64,000 nt of DNA, taken from positions 62,001 to 126,000 of the forward strand of contig NIVC01002236.1 of assembly GCA_002269645.1 (NCBI GenBank), given 5' to 3'. The notes beneath the pieces are model-generated. The model searched no databases. It saw only the letters and a list, made by a program, of their open reading frames with translations, and was not told where the DNA came from. A program made the position numbers and the translations under genes. Positions 1 through 28,350 of the stretch are shown piece after piece (within the stretch, counting starts at the first letter, position 1; each line of letters opens with the position of its first letter). The stretch comes from Macrostomum lignano (taxonomy: Eukaryota).

Positions 1-622
1 TCACTATTTAAGCATATCTGGGATCGCAAGTTGTGTATTCTGCAATGTTTCCAAGAGCCAATACAAGCGAACTACGAGTAAAGCAAAACTGATTTAAAAA
101 CAAAGTTTTTTTCTATCAGCTACTGCTGGTGACAACCGAACAGCGCTGTTCCAGTTTTGTGCAATTCCATGATCGCGTATATTCTAAATGAAATACGATT
201 GTTATAAAAAAATAATTTCCCACTAATATTCTGAAACGTATAGCGAAATTCTTTTGTAGACCAGCTACAAATTGTGAAACCAAAAAAATTATCATCAATC
301 GTTTGTGCCCTAATTGAAAAATAAAATATATGTCTATCTTCCTATCGTTACTAGTTTTATAGAAAAGTAATCGCAGACTTACATCGAGCGAATCCGTTGA
401 AAACATACTACTGTTTGATACACTAAAGTCGGTAGTAAGTAAAATACAAGCATAAATATTTTTGCACAGTAAAGTAACCATGTGGACGGATTTTACAAGC
501 AATGAAAAGCGACTAATTCAACTAAAATATAGATTAAAGGTGAGAAAGAACATTTATGAGATTGATGCGTGCTGATTAAATTCGCATTAATTGTTTGTTA
601 ATCCCTTGGCTCGAAGTAAAAA

Positions 623-17153
<16,531 letters not shown>

Positions 17154-18639
17154 TCCCTACGCAAAAACGGCACCATCAGGGCGAGTTCTCTGCAGTTGTA
17201 GAGGCTAGTGTTGATTGATAGAATGGCAACGCTGCGACTTCGCGCTCTGGGTGCCTTCGCTTCTCGCCACGACTGGAACAGATTGGCGCAAACAGCTAAA
17301 AATGCCTAACCCTTGCGCGCACGAGTTTCGTCTCAGTCTGGCTTCTCTCCTCTCTTTCCTTTCTCTCCTTTCCCTTACCTCTAGAGGCGAGCAGCCAGAA
17401 TCCAGAGCTGCTAAGGAGAGAAGAGCAAAGCCGGGAGTCGGTAAGTGTGCGCATGCGTGGAGCTGAGAATATAAAACACAGAGAGAGAGTCAACCAACCA
17501 TCGTGAATGGGTGTGCGCGCTCACGGACCGTTGCTCTCGCAGCTTCGGTACACAAAAGCGAAGAGAGATGAAGAGGGAAGGAGAGAGCGAGAGAGCAAAG
17601 CGAAGGAGTTGCTGCTGGAGTCATGCTGGTTGAATTGGAAGAGCTGATGGGGTTTTAAGAGCAGGCCATGGAGCCCGTGACTCAGCCTGTCTGCAAAATT
17701 TCCCTGCTTGACAAAAATCATTTTTTTAAAAGAGCTGCATGGCTCTGCAGTCGTAATTGAAATGACAGCGCCATGGCAGTGAGTACACAGAGAGGAGCGG
17801 AATCTCTGAGCACACATTGTTGAGCAAATTCTCTGCTTATGAACTCGCAGCAGTGAATGAGCCTATTAGTTCAACAAAGAATGCTCAATGAATTGCTGAA
17901 AAAAGAGATTTATCATAAATTGCAAGCAACTGATGCGTTAAAAACCTATCAGATAAGACTAAATTCCCTTCCAACTCAATGTCTGTCTAGGAATCAACAA
18001 TAATCATATAATAGAAAGCTGAACTCTTTTCTAAGATGGCCCCTTTGAGGCAGAAAATATTGGATAAGTTATGGCTCTGTTACTTATATATTTATGAATT
18101 TCCACTAACTACTCTATCAAGATTGAATCCAAAAATCATTTGTCTAATTGTAGCGTTAAAATATTCGCAAAACATATCGTAAAAAATTAATTGCCTCTAT
18201 ATTCTTCTCACAATTTCAATGTTTATGTAGCTCATTACTACTTATACTACTTAGCTACTAATGAAGCGAGTAGTGCCTATAGCTACTTCGTATTTAAACT
18301 TATAGTAAAAATACTTAAAAACAAACAAACAATTTATAGTTATGCTTTTTATGCTTCAAAGCTGCTTTTTGTGGTTCAAAGAGTTCTATGTTTTATTTGA
18401 AACAAGAATTCAATCTTCTTTATCTGATTTTTAAACCCAGGTTTCGACATATTATCTTACAACCATGAATCCAGGCAGAGGCATACGCAGGGGGCGCGGC
18501 CTCTCCCCACCGTCTCCCGCAAAGAACACTAAATGAAAGAGGTTAGTTAGTCCGTTTCATCAGAGGTTTCGATGCATGACAGGAGCTCAACTTCTGCTGC
18601 ACCTCTTAGACGTGGCCTTCGCGAGCCTAGGAGACAGGG

Positions 18640-19078
18640 GGCCCGAAGCATGAGACAGGGGCCCCAAGCATGAGACGGCCCCAAGCATGAGACGGCCCCA
18701 AGCATGACACAGGGGCCCCAAGCATGGCACAGGGGCCCCAAGCATGAGACAGGGGCCCCAAGCATGAGACAGGTGCCCCAAGCATGAGACGGCCCCAAGC
18801 ATGACACAGGGGCCCCAAGCATGGCACAGGGGCCCCAAGCATGAGACGGGTGCCCCAAGCATGAGACGGCCCCAAGCATGAGACGGCCCCAAGCATGACA
18901 CAGGGGCCCCAAGCATGGCACAGGGGCCCCAAGCATGAGACAGGGGCCCCAAGCATGAGACAGGTGCCCCAAGCATGAGACGGCCCCAAGCATGACACAG
19001 GGGCCCCAAGCATGGCACAGGGGCCCCAAGCATGAGACAGGGGCCCCAAGCATGAGACAGGGACTTCAAGCATGACAC
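18640..19078. repeat. 18-20-bp GC-rich minisatellite (GGGGCCCCAAGCATGAGACA)
   Basis: Tandem units seen directly; similar in design to the array at 29565-30130. Confidence 0.92.
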
Positions 19079-19524
19079 AGAAAGTGTCCAGAAAGTGTCA
19101 AAATAAACTCACGTAGCAGAAAATAATATTGTAGACATTTTAGGAAAAACAGTGCAGTACAATATTTTTATAACAATGTGTTTAGCTTTACTGTACTAGC
19201 AAAGTTTCAGTTCACTTGGCTTATTTTTCTTGCTTAAAAAGTTTATGACAGTTATTCAGAAATATCTCGTATCCGGAAACTTTTACGAAGAAAAAGTTAA
19301 ACAAAATCTGGTTATAGAAAGAGGATTTGAAATTCTCATCCAAGAGTTTAATTCAACACCGGGAACTCGAGCGCGTTGTGAATTGCGTCTCTCCGGGCTG
19401 AGATCTGAGATCAACTGTGGGTGATGCAATTTGCATCACAAGGCCTCAGCTTGGGCTGGTGAGGAGAGAGTTGAGAGTTATGGCTAGAGCTGGATTAAAG
19501 CAGTTGCTGCATGGGTGGGTGCAT

Positions 19525-19833
19525 GTGCCAGCGGCCCAGGCTCGATTCCAAGTGCAGTCGCATTAATTTGGAGCTAAATTGGAATCGGCTTGGCTCTGCT
19601 CGTGCAGTTAGCGACGGCCTTGAGAGCAAACCCCACCAAGGCGCAGTGAAGTGTACATGCCTAACGATAATATAAAGTTAGGGCCGCTGTACACTCCTGT
19701 GTGAGTGTGTGCCTGTGCGTATGACTGCGTACGTATCCGCGCGCTTGTGCGCCTGCTCAGGGGAGTCGGCGGAATGGGCAGCAATGCCTCTCGCCGGTTG
19801 TGACAATGTCGCTTAGAGTGCGCCAGGGTGCAC
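19525..19833 (-). repeat. Dispersed ~310-bp repeat, copy 1
   Basis: Reverse-complement match to 46959-47269 and 27871-28350; partial copy at 46082-46225. Confidence 0.85.
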
Positions 19834-20618
19834 ACATACTTGTCTCTAGTAAAAATTAAATAGTTTGTCAGCCTCTTTAAATAAAAGTAAATTGTCCTTT
19901 ACAAAAGCCTTGAATGATAGAAATTTTGAGTGATTTTTGTGGTCCTTGATTAAAACTCGGTATAAAAGAAATACAAGTATAGTGAAGACCCACTTTCTCT
20001 ACAAAAGAGCTAGAGAATGTATACAAATAAGCTGTAAAAAACTTTCTTAACGTGACTGACAAAGACTCAGCACGAGCTAATTAAACTCGACGACGAGTTC
20101 GAAGTGCTTGCTGGCGACGAGGCCGCTAGCGGTGCCGGTCGGCCCGAACAGCAGGCAGTCGCCGGATCCGGGAATGATCAGAGCGAAGAAGCAGTTTGGC
20201 TGCAGGTTCGTGCACCTGATCAGACATTCCATGTGAGATCTGAGTTGCAGTCCAGACCGCTGAGCCAACAGGACGCTAGATGCAGCCGAGATGCTTGACT
20301 GAGTGTCGGCGTAGAGCGAGGCACCCTTGGCCACTGGAAGTTGGATTGCAGTTAAATGATACACCTTTTTGCGTTCTATTTCGATAAAACTGCATTCAGA
20401 TTCGGCAAACTGGCTTTCATTTTCGGCATCAGCTATGGCCGCACATCCAAACTGCAGCTCTGATGCGTCTGATGCGAGATGCGTCTCTTGTAGCATTTAT
20501 TCCCCACTTCGGCTCGGCCATAGTCTACAGAAACGTATCTATTTGGAGTTAAATTGCATCAGGCCAAACAAATACGTCTTATAGTTTTTGGTCAGACTCA
20601 AGTGAGCACTAAATACAC

Positions 20619-21391
20619 TGTCCCATGACTGAGCGTGCGTTTTTGGTCCAAAAAGCGTGCATTAATCTTACAGTCTATGGCCCAACCCTATGCGGCGTAG
20701 CCAAAAAAGCGTGCAGATAATGAAAAAGCGTGCAGATAATGAAAAAGCGTGCAGATAATGAAAAAGCGTGCAGATAATGAAAAAGCGTGCAGATAATGAA
20801 AAATCGTGCAGATAATAGCGTACAGCGCCACAAAAAACAGCAGTTTGCAAGAAACGTTTATTAAAACAAAGGAGAAAACACAGCAGAATTTAACACCGAT
20901 GCACAAAAACAAAAAGTCAGCAGTAAAACAGATGACAGCAGAAAGGTCGACGAGTATTGAGCCTCATGCTTCTTAGACGATTTGACATCGGTCTCTTGCT
21001 CCAGCGCCCGGATTGATGCGTCAAGGTCGATCTAGGCCAAGTCGTCGTTCAAATCAGGGATGGAGTCGAATAGGCGGTTCAGCTCCTCGTTGTCGTCCAC
21101 ACTAGTTGCTTGGAGACATAACTGCTCGTCCACAAGCTTCTCAACGTCGGCCCACTCCAAATGGTGGGAGATCTCACCGGCCGTATGCCGCTTCTCATGC
21201 CGTTAGGAAATAATGAATCCATATGTGGCCAAACTCACGATCAGAAGCTTGTGCATAGCAAGAAATTGTCTATGGTGACTAAGAAAATGTCTATGGTAGG
21301 AACTCCTAGCTGCAGGAACAAAAAGCGTGCAGATAATAAAGTACAGTGCTGTGACGAAGAATTTTTTCAACGCACGCTCAGTCATGGGACA
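20619..21391. mobile_element. Non-autonomous TIR element with subterminal 18-bp repeats and a decayed ORF fragment
   Basis: 23-bp perfect inverted ends TGTCCCATGACTGAGCGTGCGTT / AACGCACGCTCAGTCATGGGACA. About 6 copies of AAAAAGCGTGCAGATAAT at 20705-20818 and one at ~21320. Confidence 0.7.
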
Positions 21392-21398
21392 ATATGCC

Positions 21399-21509
21399 TA
21401 CTACTAGGCTTTCGAGTGCGATAATAGTCTTGGCTCGAGTGCGCGAAGCTCGAGTGCGCGAAGCGCACGAGTGCCATAGACTATTATCGCACTCGAAAGC
21501 CTAGTAGTA
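21399..21509. mobile_element. 111-bp palindromic MITE / hairpin
   Basis: 32-bp perfect inverted repeat TACTACTAGGCTTTCGAGTGCGATAATAGTCT with an imperfectly paired interior; the outer TA may be the TSD. Confidence 0.75.
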
Positions 21510-22892
21510 ATCTTACATTATTCCTCGCTTATTTCACTTATCTATGACTGCGAACGGCTTCAGTCGCGCAACTACACCCATAAGCTACGATTACATCCAG
21601 CTTTGCCTGGACCCATAAACGAGTCTTCAGCCGTTCACCGCCAAAATGTATCATACATTCATGTATGCCTAAAAAACATGGAAAAAATCTAAAATTTTCA
21701 ATTGAATCTGTGAAACAGAGCAAGTCGAGAGCAAAGAGTAAAAGCGCACGCCCAACTCCCACGAACCAGGCCCAACAGAATCCAAAAAAAGGCTTGGAAC
21801 ATTTTAAATCTTTCTAATGAATTTTGAGGCGAAATTCATACAATTTGCAAGTTTAGAGGCCTTCTGCTGCAGCTGTACATGGGAAACTACATGTAACGAA
21901 CAATTTGGAAAAAATCACATATTCATGTAGACATGCTCTCACATGCGAAAATGTCGATCTCGGTTATGTGGATGTAGCGAAGGTTCGGGTCCATGCCTGA
22001 AGCATTCATGTACATCGTAAAGTACCTGCCAACGATGGGCCTCGTGCAGGTGATGTTGATTGGGTTTTCCTCAACAGTTGGGACGTTGGTGTAGTAGAAA
22101 CAAATTCCGAAAAGGTTTTTGTTGAATGCGGTCCACACAGAGGGGTTGTTGGTGACGCCTGAAGAAAAAGTGTAGCATAAATGGAGGACCAGGTGTTTTG
22201 TAGCGCAAAAGTTTATCTTATAATCTGTCGAAATATCAGTTCAAAGAGTTGGCGGGTAGAGAGGAAAGAATGTAAAGCTTTGCACGAGTATTTGGTGTGT
22301 AAAATTAATTTTGCACACTGACTGTTAAATAAAAACTCTGAACAGGTTCACGGATGAGGTTCCGGATCCGTGGTTAGTAAGTGAGCAGGACAGTGAAGGA
22401 GTAGCAGAAACGGTTAGCAGACATTTGGTCGACTTACATCAAAGCAGTGGTCTCTCATTTTCGACTTCTCTCTGCGTAGAGAAGAAATCAAACGCAGGAT
22501 TAACTTGTGTATAGTTAGATTTAATTAATAAGCATATATTTTCAAGACGGAACATTGTCAGGAATAAACACTGGGACAAAAAATTACGCACGTGCACAAA
22601 CAGCTTGAATAAAGGAAAAACAACGAAGCACTTGCTGCTATTGCGAGATACTACAAGGCAAAGTACGCTCGTAATGTATTCATGATTTAAATCTTCAGAA
22701 CTAAAACAAGACAAACTAAATGTATCTTCAAGGCATACTACGTTCATCAGATGAAAAAATTGAAGATTAAATGAATTATCAGTTCATAGCTAAACAACTA
22801 AGAAAACTTCGGGCATTTCGCTGCAAAATGTACTTATTCATTCATGGACTTCGCAGCATTTGTCACATTTGCTTCTATCCATTGTCTAAAAA

Positions 22893-23883
22893 TTAGTTGA
22901 GCAGCTGGTTGATGACATCGGCGGTCAGGTAGAAGTTGGGCACGGCCAGCATCTTCACGGTGCCGTTGATTTTGGAGTACGAGCCAGTCACATCACGCCA
23001 ACCGATCTTCATGCAGAAGTTCTCGATTTCGGGAATGTTTCCGTAAAAGATAGACACTTGGTTGTCGGGAATGAAGGACCCATCGACGAACAACCGGGTC
23101 CTGTTCACGATGGTCATCGAAATGTCGAATGTGGCGCCGATTCGGACGAACTGGTCGCTTCGGATTGGGAGCACCTGGTTAGTGGAGATCAAGTTCCGGT
23201 TTCCGGTTTGAATGTACAGCTTGCGAGTCACCTCGAGTTCGTCCCATTCCCAGAAGTCGGTGAGCTCGATGAAGGCGCTCGGCTTCGGTTGCCTTTTCAG
23301 CTCCATCAGAAACGTGAAGTTGTTATTGAAGTCGAATCCGCTGGTGTCGCTTACCCACATCCTGGATGTCAGGATGTCCATCTTGGCGCCCTCGTCAGTG
23401 TAAGTCACTCCAGTGTGCTCGGTGACGTTTTTCTGTCCGCCATCGCTGCACACGAGGTTCTCGAGCTGCTCGCCTCTGCCACCGAGCCAAACGGCGGCAA
23501 AGTGCCGATTGGCGGTAAACACGTCCACCTCTGAGTCCACAATGAACTTGCACGAGTTTGCCTCGTCTGAGGGCCCGTCAGCGGGGCTGCTCAGGTTGAG
23601 CAGGTGACAGACTCGGCTGAAGAGAAACAGCGAACAGGTGGCAGTTCGCGAGTTCCATTAGACCACGGCTATACCTGGCAGAGTTTGCAGGCGACTCAAA
23701 AATACGCACTGCAGAATGGAGACGGCCGGGCTGGGGAGGGTCCACTCGGACAGGGACTTGTTGAGGCAGGTGCGCTGGATGACCGGGTAGCGAGTTCCGG
23801 AGTTGGCGGCAGCGGTAGAGGTGCAGAGCAGAAAGAACGCGACAGAGACAGGTAAAGGCAAGTAGCGACCGGCGGAGAGCCAT
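22893..23883 (-). pseudogene. Intronless secreted protein: signal peptide + degenerate PAN-like module + LamG/concanavalin-like domain; one frameshift and one stop
   Basis: MALRRSLLA joins LPVSVAFFLLCTSTAAAN if one T is removed near 23855. An in-frame TAA at 23658-23660 is the only break before the 22893-23540 ORF (FTFLMELK...FVRIGATFDISMTIVNRTRLFVDG, LamG-like). Confidence 0.65.
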
Positions 23884-24147
23884 GATTCTTTTGATTTGAA
23901 AGTTCGTTTTCCGTTCGATGAATTAATAGTATCGAATAGGCTTGCGATGAGTTTCGCGATTTTAAAAAGCACACAGCAGCTCAGGCTAACTCGGTGACGG
24001 ATAGGGAAAATGCGCATCAGAATATTTATTTGCGATTTAAATGTTTTCACCATTAAAATAATGGCGCCTTTTCCGCACTGCCGTTGAGCCGATTCTCCTA
24101 TATGGCATGGAGGCTGTGCCAATGACTGCGACGCGACAGCAAGCCCT

Positions 24148-24580
24148 GGATGCTCACTACAGGTCGCTGCTCCGCTATGCCCTGGGCGTGCACTACCCTA
24201 CTCACTGTGCCGACCAGGGACCTGATGACTCGCGCTGGTGTTCCCGCGCTCAGCTGCACTATCCGTAAACGCCGTCAGATGTTACTTGGCCACTGCCTAA
24301 GAAGCCACAGCCGCAGCAAGCAAAATCCTCTGGCGCTGGCTCTCCTGCATCAGCCCACTGAGCACCTGCGCCGTGGCCAAGGCCGAACTGTGACGCTAAA
24401 TGATACGTTTCTGACTGACTTGCAGGCCATCGGGCTCAGCCCCCAGTCCGCCATGACTTGCCCCTCTCGGTTGTTCTGCGAACGCGTCCGCGCAAAGTCT
24501 AGCTAGGTCTCTTTTTGTCTGTGCTACTCTCTGCGTCGCTATATATATATATATATATAGATATATAGATATAGATATAG

Positions 24581-24606
<26 letters not shown>
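24148..24606 (+). mobile_element. 5'-truncated RTE-clade LINE 3' end with (TA)n/(TAGATA)n tail
   Basis: ORF C-terminus RKRRQMLLGHCLR...LLHQPTEHLRRGQGRTVTLNDTFLTDL is typical of RTE RT C-termini; a microsatellite tail follows at 24540-24606. Confidence 0.75.
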
Positions 24607-24611
<5 letters not shown>

Positions 24612-25389
24612 TAAACTCCGAGGCCCATAGAAGTCAAATAGTCTAGAGGAGATGTAGAGAAACCATTGCAGGGTATGACAGCCAACCCCCCAGTCAATCC
24701 TTCCATTTTCGTCCCTCCGTCGATAAAAAAATTAACGCATTTACTTTATTTTTTATGCTTTAAAATCACAAAAAATTGATCACAACATTTAGATTTCAAC
24801 GATCAGATCAGATCAGTATACGAGCTATTCGGCGTTGAAATTGAGACAGTAGAAAGAGATTCTAAAAGAGGTAAATAAACAATTATCACTCGTCAAAAGC
24901 ACACGAAATTAGCAAGAGGCTTTGATTTTAGCGAAATGCCTATGACCGAGAGAAAAAATCACGATTGACTGGATAATTGAAATCTGTTTGCAAGCACTTG
25001 GCACTTCTGTTTTTGAGAGTTCGAGCGTTAAAGCTGCCATTTTAAAAGGAGCCGCTCGTCCGATGGTGCTATCTTAAACATATTGATCGCAAGCTGACAA
25101 AGTGAATCCACGGTAATGCAGAGACACTTCAGGTCTTAAACAGCTACGTAGCTGTTGCTGCTGTGAAACCATTTCCTTCCACAATGATATGCCAACCTAA
25201 ACTGCTGAGACGTCAAAGGTTTAAGGGAAAATTGCAGAAACTGGGACTCTCAGGAAAGTTAGGGTTACGAGTTCAACAATGCAAGAATCAACCTATTAAC
25301 CATAAAAAATTCATGGGGGAATTGCTAAGATGTTATGGTTCAAAGGGGGATAGCTGAGTTGTCAAGGCGTCCTGTACCGCCGTCACCTC

Positions 25390-27060
25390 CTTAAACCAGT
25401 GAGACGAAGTCAAGGCAGTTGGCACGAGAGGCTCTTGGCAATACGCACTCGATACAAAATCGATACGCACTTGGCGGGCAAGAGGCCGCCCGGCCCTGCG
25501 CTAAAAAAGGCACCCAAACAGGGGGCACGTAACCTAGGCACGTACACCACCCGCACCATCGCACAAGAGCCACGCCCCACTGGTTCAACACCCAGCCAAG
25601 CTCGCCCGGTCGGACAAGTCAGCGGCCGCAGTCCGCGTCGATCTGGTGTTGGTTCAGATGGTAAAATCCTCGCTGCGTGTTGATGATCAAGAAGGGCTAT
25701 TATCCTCAGACAACGGCAGCTGCAGGAAGACGTTTGACCTGTCCAGTTTGGACCATTTGCAGCCGTCATCCAGCTTTGCGAATACGTCTTCGATGCGCGG
25801 CATTGGGTACAGCTCCGGCCTCCAGAAGCTCTCACATATGTAGGTCCGCGACACTGTGGATGTCGGCGATATACGGAGACCTATCCTCCTGAAGGCTCTT
25901 CGGGATGACGGTGAGGGCGGAGCCAGTTACCTCGAAGAGACATGGCTTGCCTTGGAGCCGCAGCTCGACCGTCAGACTCTTGCTCGACCCGCTCTGACAA
26001 ACAATGAAAAGAGGCTCCTGTAACTCAGCAGGCTCTGGATCCAACTTGTGCAGCTTAGAATTCCGGCACACCTTCCGGATGTGCCCGACTTTGCCGCAGT
26101 TTTGGCAATTAGCTCCAGTAGGCTTACACTGTTCCCAATGTGCTCACCACTGTGCACGCGCCTGTGACAGTTGCTGTCCGCATAGCGTTGGCTCGAGATT
26201 GGCGGCGGGGCTTTCCCGGGGGGAGGTGCTTATTGACCACTTTGCTTTGGGCGCAGTGAAATTCTTGTGCAGACGCAGGTAGGCAACTGCTTCAGCCCCG
26301 TGCGCCATTTCCGACGACGATCTCTTCGCTGCTTTGTCGACTCTGGCAACGAGCGTCTTGAAGTCAGGCTGTGCGACCTCCAGCAGCTTTGCACGGTGCA
26401 CGCGGACAAGCTGGTCGCGCAGTCTCTCGTCCAGAGTGGCCTCAAATTTTCTATGCTCCGAGGCCAGCAATAAAAGTCAGTGAGACTCTCGCTGGGCTTC
26501 TGTAAGCGGTGTTGAAAGCGGAATCTGGCGGATAGCATTGACGTCTGTGTAGAATAATGTGCCTTCGGGATAACTGCTAGGTCAGAGTAGAACTTGGAGG
26601 CCACAGTTTCTGGCAAGCACAAATTCTGAAGAACCTTGTTCAAGCATCCTCTCCGATAGCGGCCACAAGCATTGCGACCTTCGCCACGTCTCAGACTTCT
26701 TTTGCAGATGAAGTACTGTTCAAGCCTCTGCAACTATATCTCAATGTCTGAGTCTATAGAGAGTTCTGGAATTCTACCAGTTGTAGCCATCCTTATCGCC
26801 AATGTGAAATTATGAGTTCGGAGACGAGTGATCTAACAGAGAGAACTATCGAGTGGCCAATGTCATTAGTAATCGACCTAATATGACCAAGCTATCCGAC
26901 GTAAAGTCTCATAGAGGACTTCTTAAATTCTGTGGCTCATGTAGAGAATTTTAAGATGTCAGGGCTCATGGGAATGTTTCTGAATTATGTGGCTTATGGG
27001 GGTTGCTTAAATGCTTTAAGCCAAAGCTTACAAGGACATGCTGATATACTCGTATTAGGC
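25390..27060 (-). mobile_element. Degenerate Gypsy/Ty3 LTR-retrotransposon remnant (gag, CCHC, protease and RT fragments)
   Basis: PBS-like TTGGCGATAAGG (26802-26791) directly precedes the ATG of a gag-like MATTGRIPEL...LQRLEQYF. Zinc knuckle CQNCGKVGHIRKVC. RT piece PMPRIEDVFAKLDDGCKWSKLD. Many stops and deletions. No second LTR recognised; outer boundaries approximate. Confidence 0.75.
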
Positions 27061-27870
27061 TAGTAAATACGCTCGTAGCTGTCTTTCAGAGCTGCTGCTT
27101 TTTTATTTACACATCATTTTCTTTCATAAATTTATTAAGGAAACTTTCTGCTGCAGACGCCTCAGTCTAGGAATGTTTTAAGATACTCACCTGCTCTTGC
27201 TAGGTAGCTACATGTAGCCATGTAGGCTTGCACTCGCTGTAATAAATAATTTTCGCAGGAGGGTTGTGGCCACCTTGGCGCAGCGGTTTCGATAAAATCA
27301 TCCCATAACCAGAGCTGAGGCAGTACCGCCCATTCCGATGACTGCTTACTGCTTACCAAGTTTGATTTTTGAGAATCGCCGCGCTCAGTTGTCCCGCCGA
27401 TTCCAGACTCGAGCACCGAAGATGGCGTACGGCAGCTCAAAGTCAAGCAGCATCCAGGGCTGCCGGTCGCCGCCGCGAGTGTGCACCAAGGGCCCGCCGG
27501 TCAGGCCATCATTAATGCCGATTGGGCTCCCAGTGCGTGGTTCCACTGAGGACGACTTGGCTGGCTTGTGTTTTGGCACTTGAATCAGCTCGAATCCTAA
27601 AATGGTTTTGAGTTTGCTTTTAACTGTTGAAGATCCTACAGAATGGATTAGAAGGACAGATAAACAAAAACAGGTCCCATCAGTGGCTGCTAGTGTTCTC
27701 GAATGAGAAGTTGCTTCATAGTTTGTGCATGGTTGCCGCATGCCTGTATATCAAAACTTCAAAAGGTTTCGATCGTTAAAACAGGTAGTTTTTGAAATTT
27801 TTTATAAGAACTGTACTGCTACGTTTATATGTGACAGGCAACGGCACTTTATTATAGGCAAAGGGGCAGT

Positions 27871-28350
27871 GTGCAGCCTGGCGCACCTTAAGCGACATTG
27901 TGACACAACCGGTGAGAGGCATTGCTGTCCATTCCACCGACTCCCAGGCACAGCAGGCACAAACTACTACAGTATGGATACGTACGCAGTCATACGCACA
28001 GGAGTAGTAGGGGAAATTTGGGCTCTACTTTACCCGCGGCAGACTAAGGTCCCATGGAATTTCCATGGCTTTCCCTGCGGCAGAGTCTACCAATGCATTT
28101 ACATAGGCTCCTATGTTCACTCACTAAGGCCCGTGGTTTTCCCGTGGAAATTCCTGCGGCAGAGTCCACATTTCCCCTACTACTACTCGCAGGCACACAC
28201 TCACACCGAAGAGTACAGCGGCCCTAACTTTATTTATCGTCAGGCCCTGGGGATTGGCCCTCAAAGGCCGTTAATTGCACAAGATTCCAATTTAGCCCCT
28301 AATAAATTTGCATTTAGTGACTGCACTTAGAATCGAGCCTAGGCCACTGC
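27871..28350 (+). repeat. Dispersed repeat, copy 2 (interrupted by the 185-bp TIR element)
   Basis: Colinear with 46959-47269 except for the insertion at 28003-28187. Confidence 0.85.
28003..28187. mobile_element. 185-bp miniature TIR element with AGTAGT termini and 6-bp TSD (Polinton/Maverick-like ends)
   Basis: Left end AGTAGTAGGGGAAATTTGGGCTCT; right end reverse complement AGTAGTAGTAGGGGAAATGTGGACTCT. Flanks CACAGG (27997-28002) and CGCAGG (28188-28193). The empty site TACGCACAGGCACAC is present in the paralogous repeat copies. Confidence 0.75.

Larger units (their letters stand above)
20077..27596 (-). pseudogene. F-type lectin (fucolectin) + PAN/apple-like gene, copy A, disrupted
   Basis: Exons 27596-27357 (H-x27-RRD-x4-R fucose-binding motif, with TGA in place of TGG at 27385-27387), 22158-21943 (CFYYTNVPTVEENPINITCTRPIVGRYFTMY) and 20333-20077 (ECLIRCTNLQPNC...DCLLF). 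Exons 2 and 3 are separated by a retroelement remnant and another pseudogene, so their assignment to one gene is inferred. The signal exon was not found. Confidence 0.7.

Noticed and set aside
17400-17450. Plus-strand donor CG|GTAAGT suggesting a divergent transcript
   Set aside because: No downstream plus-strand exon or ORF could be linked to it
27385-27387. TGA in lectin A as selenocysteine or codon reassignment
   Set aside because: It aligns to TGG (Trp) in copy C, the paralogues have other stop types at other sites, and all other genes here use standard stops
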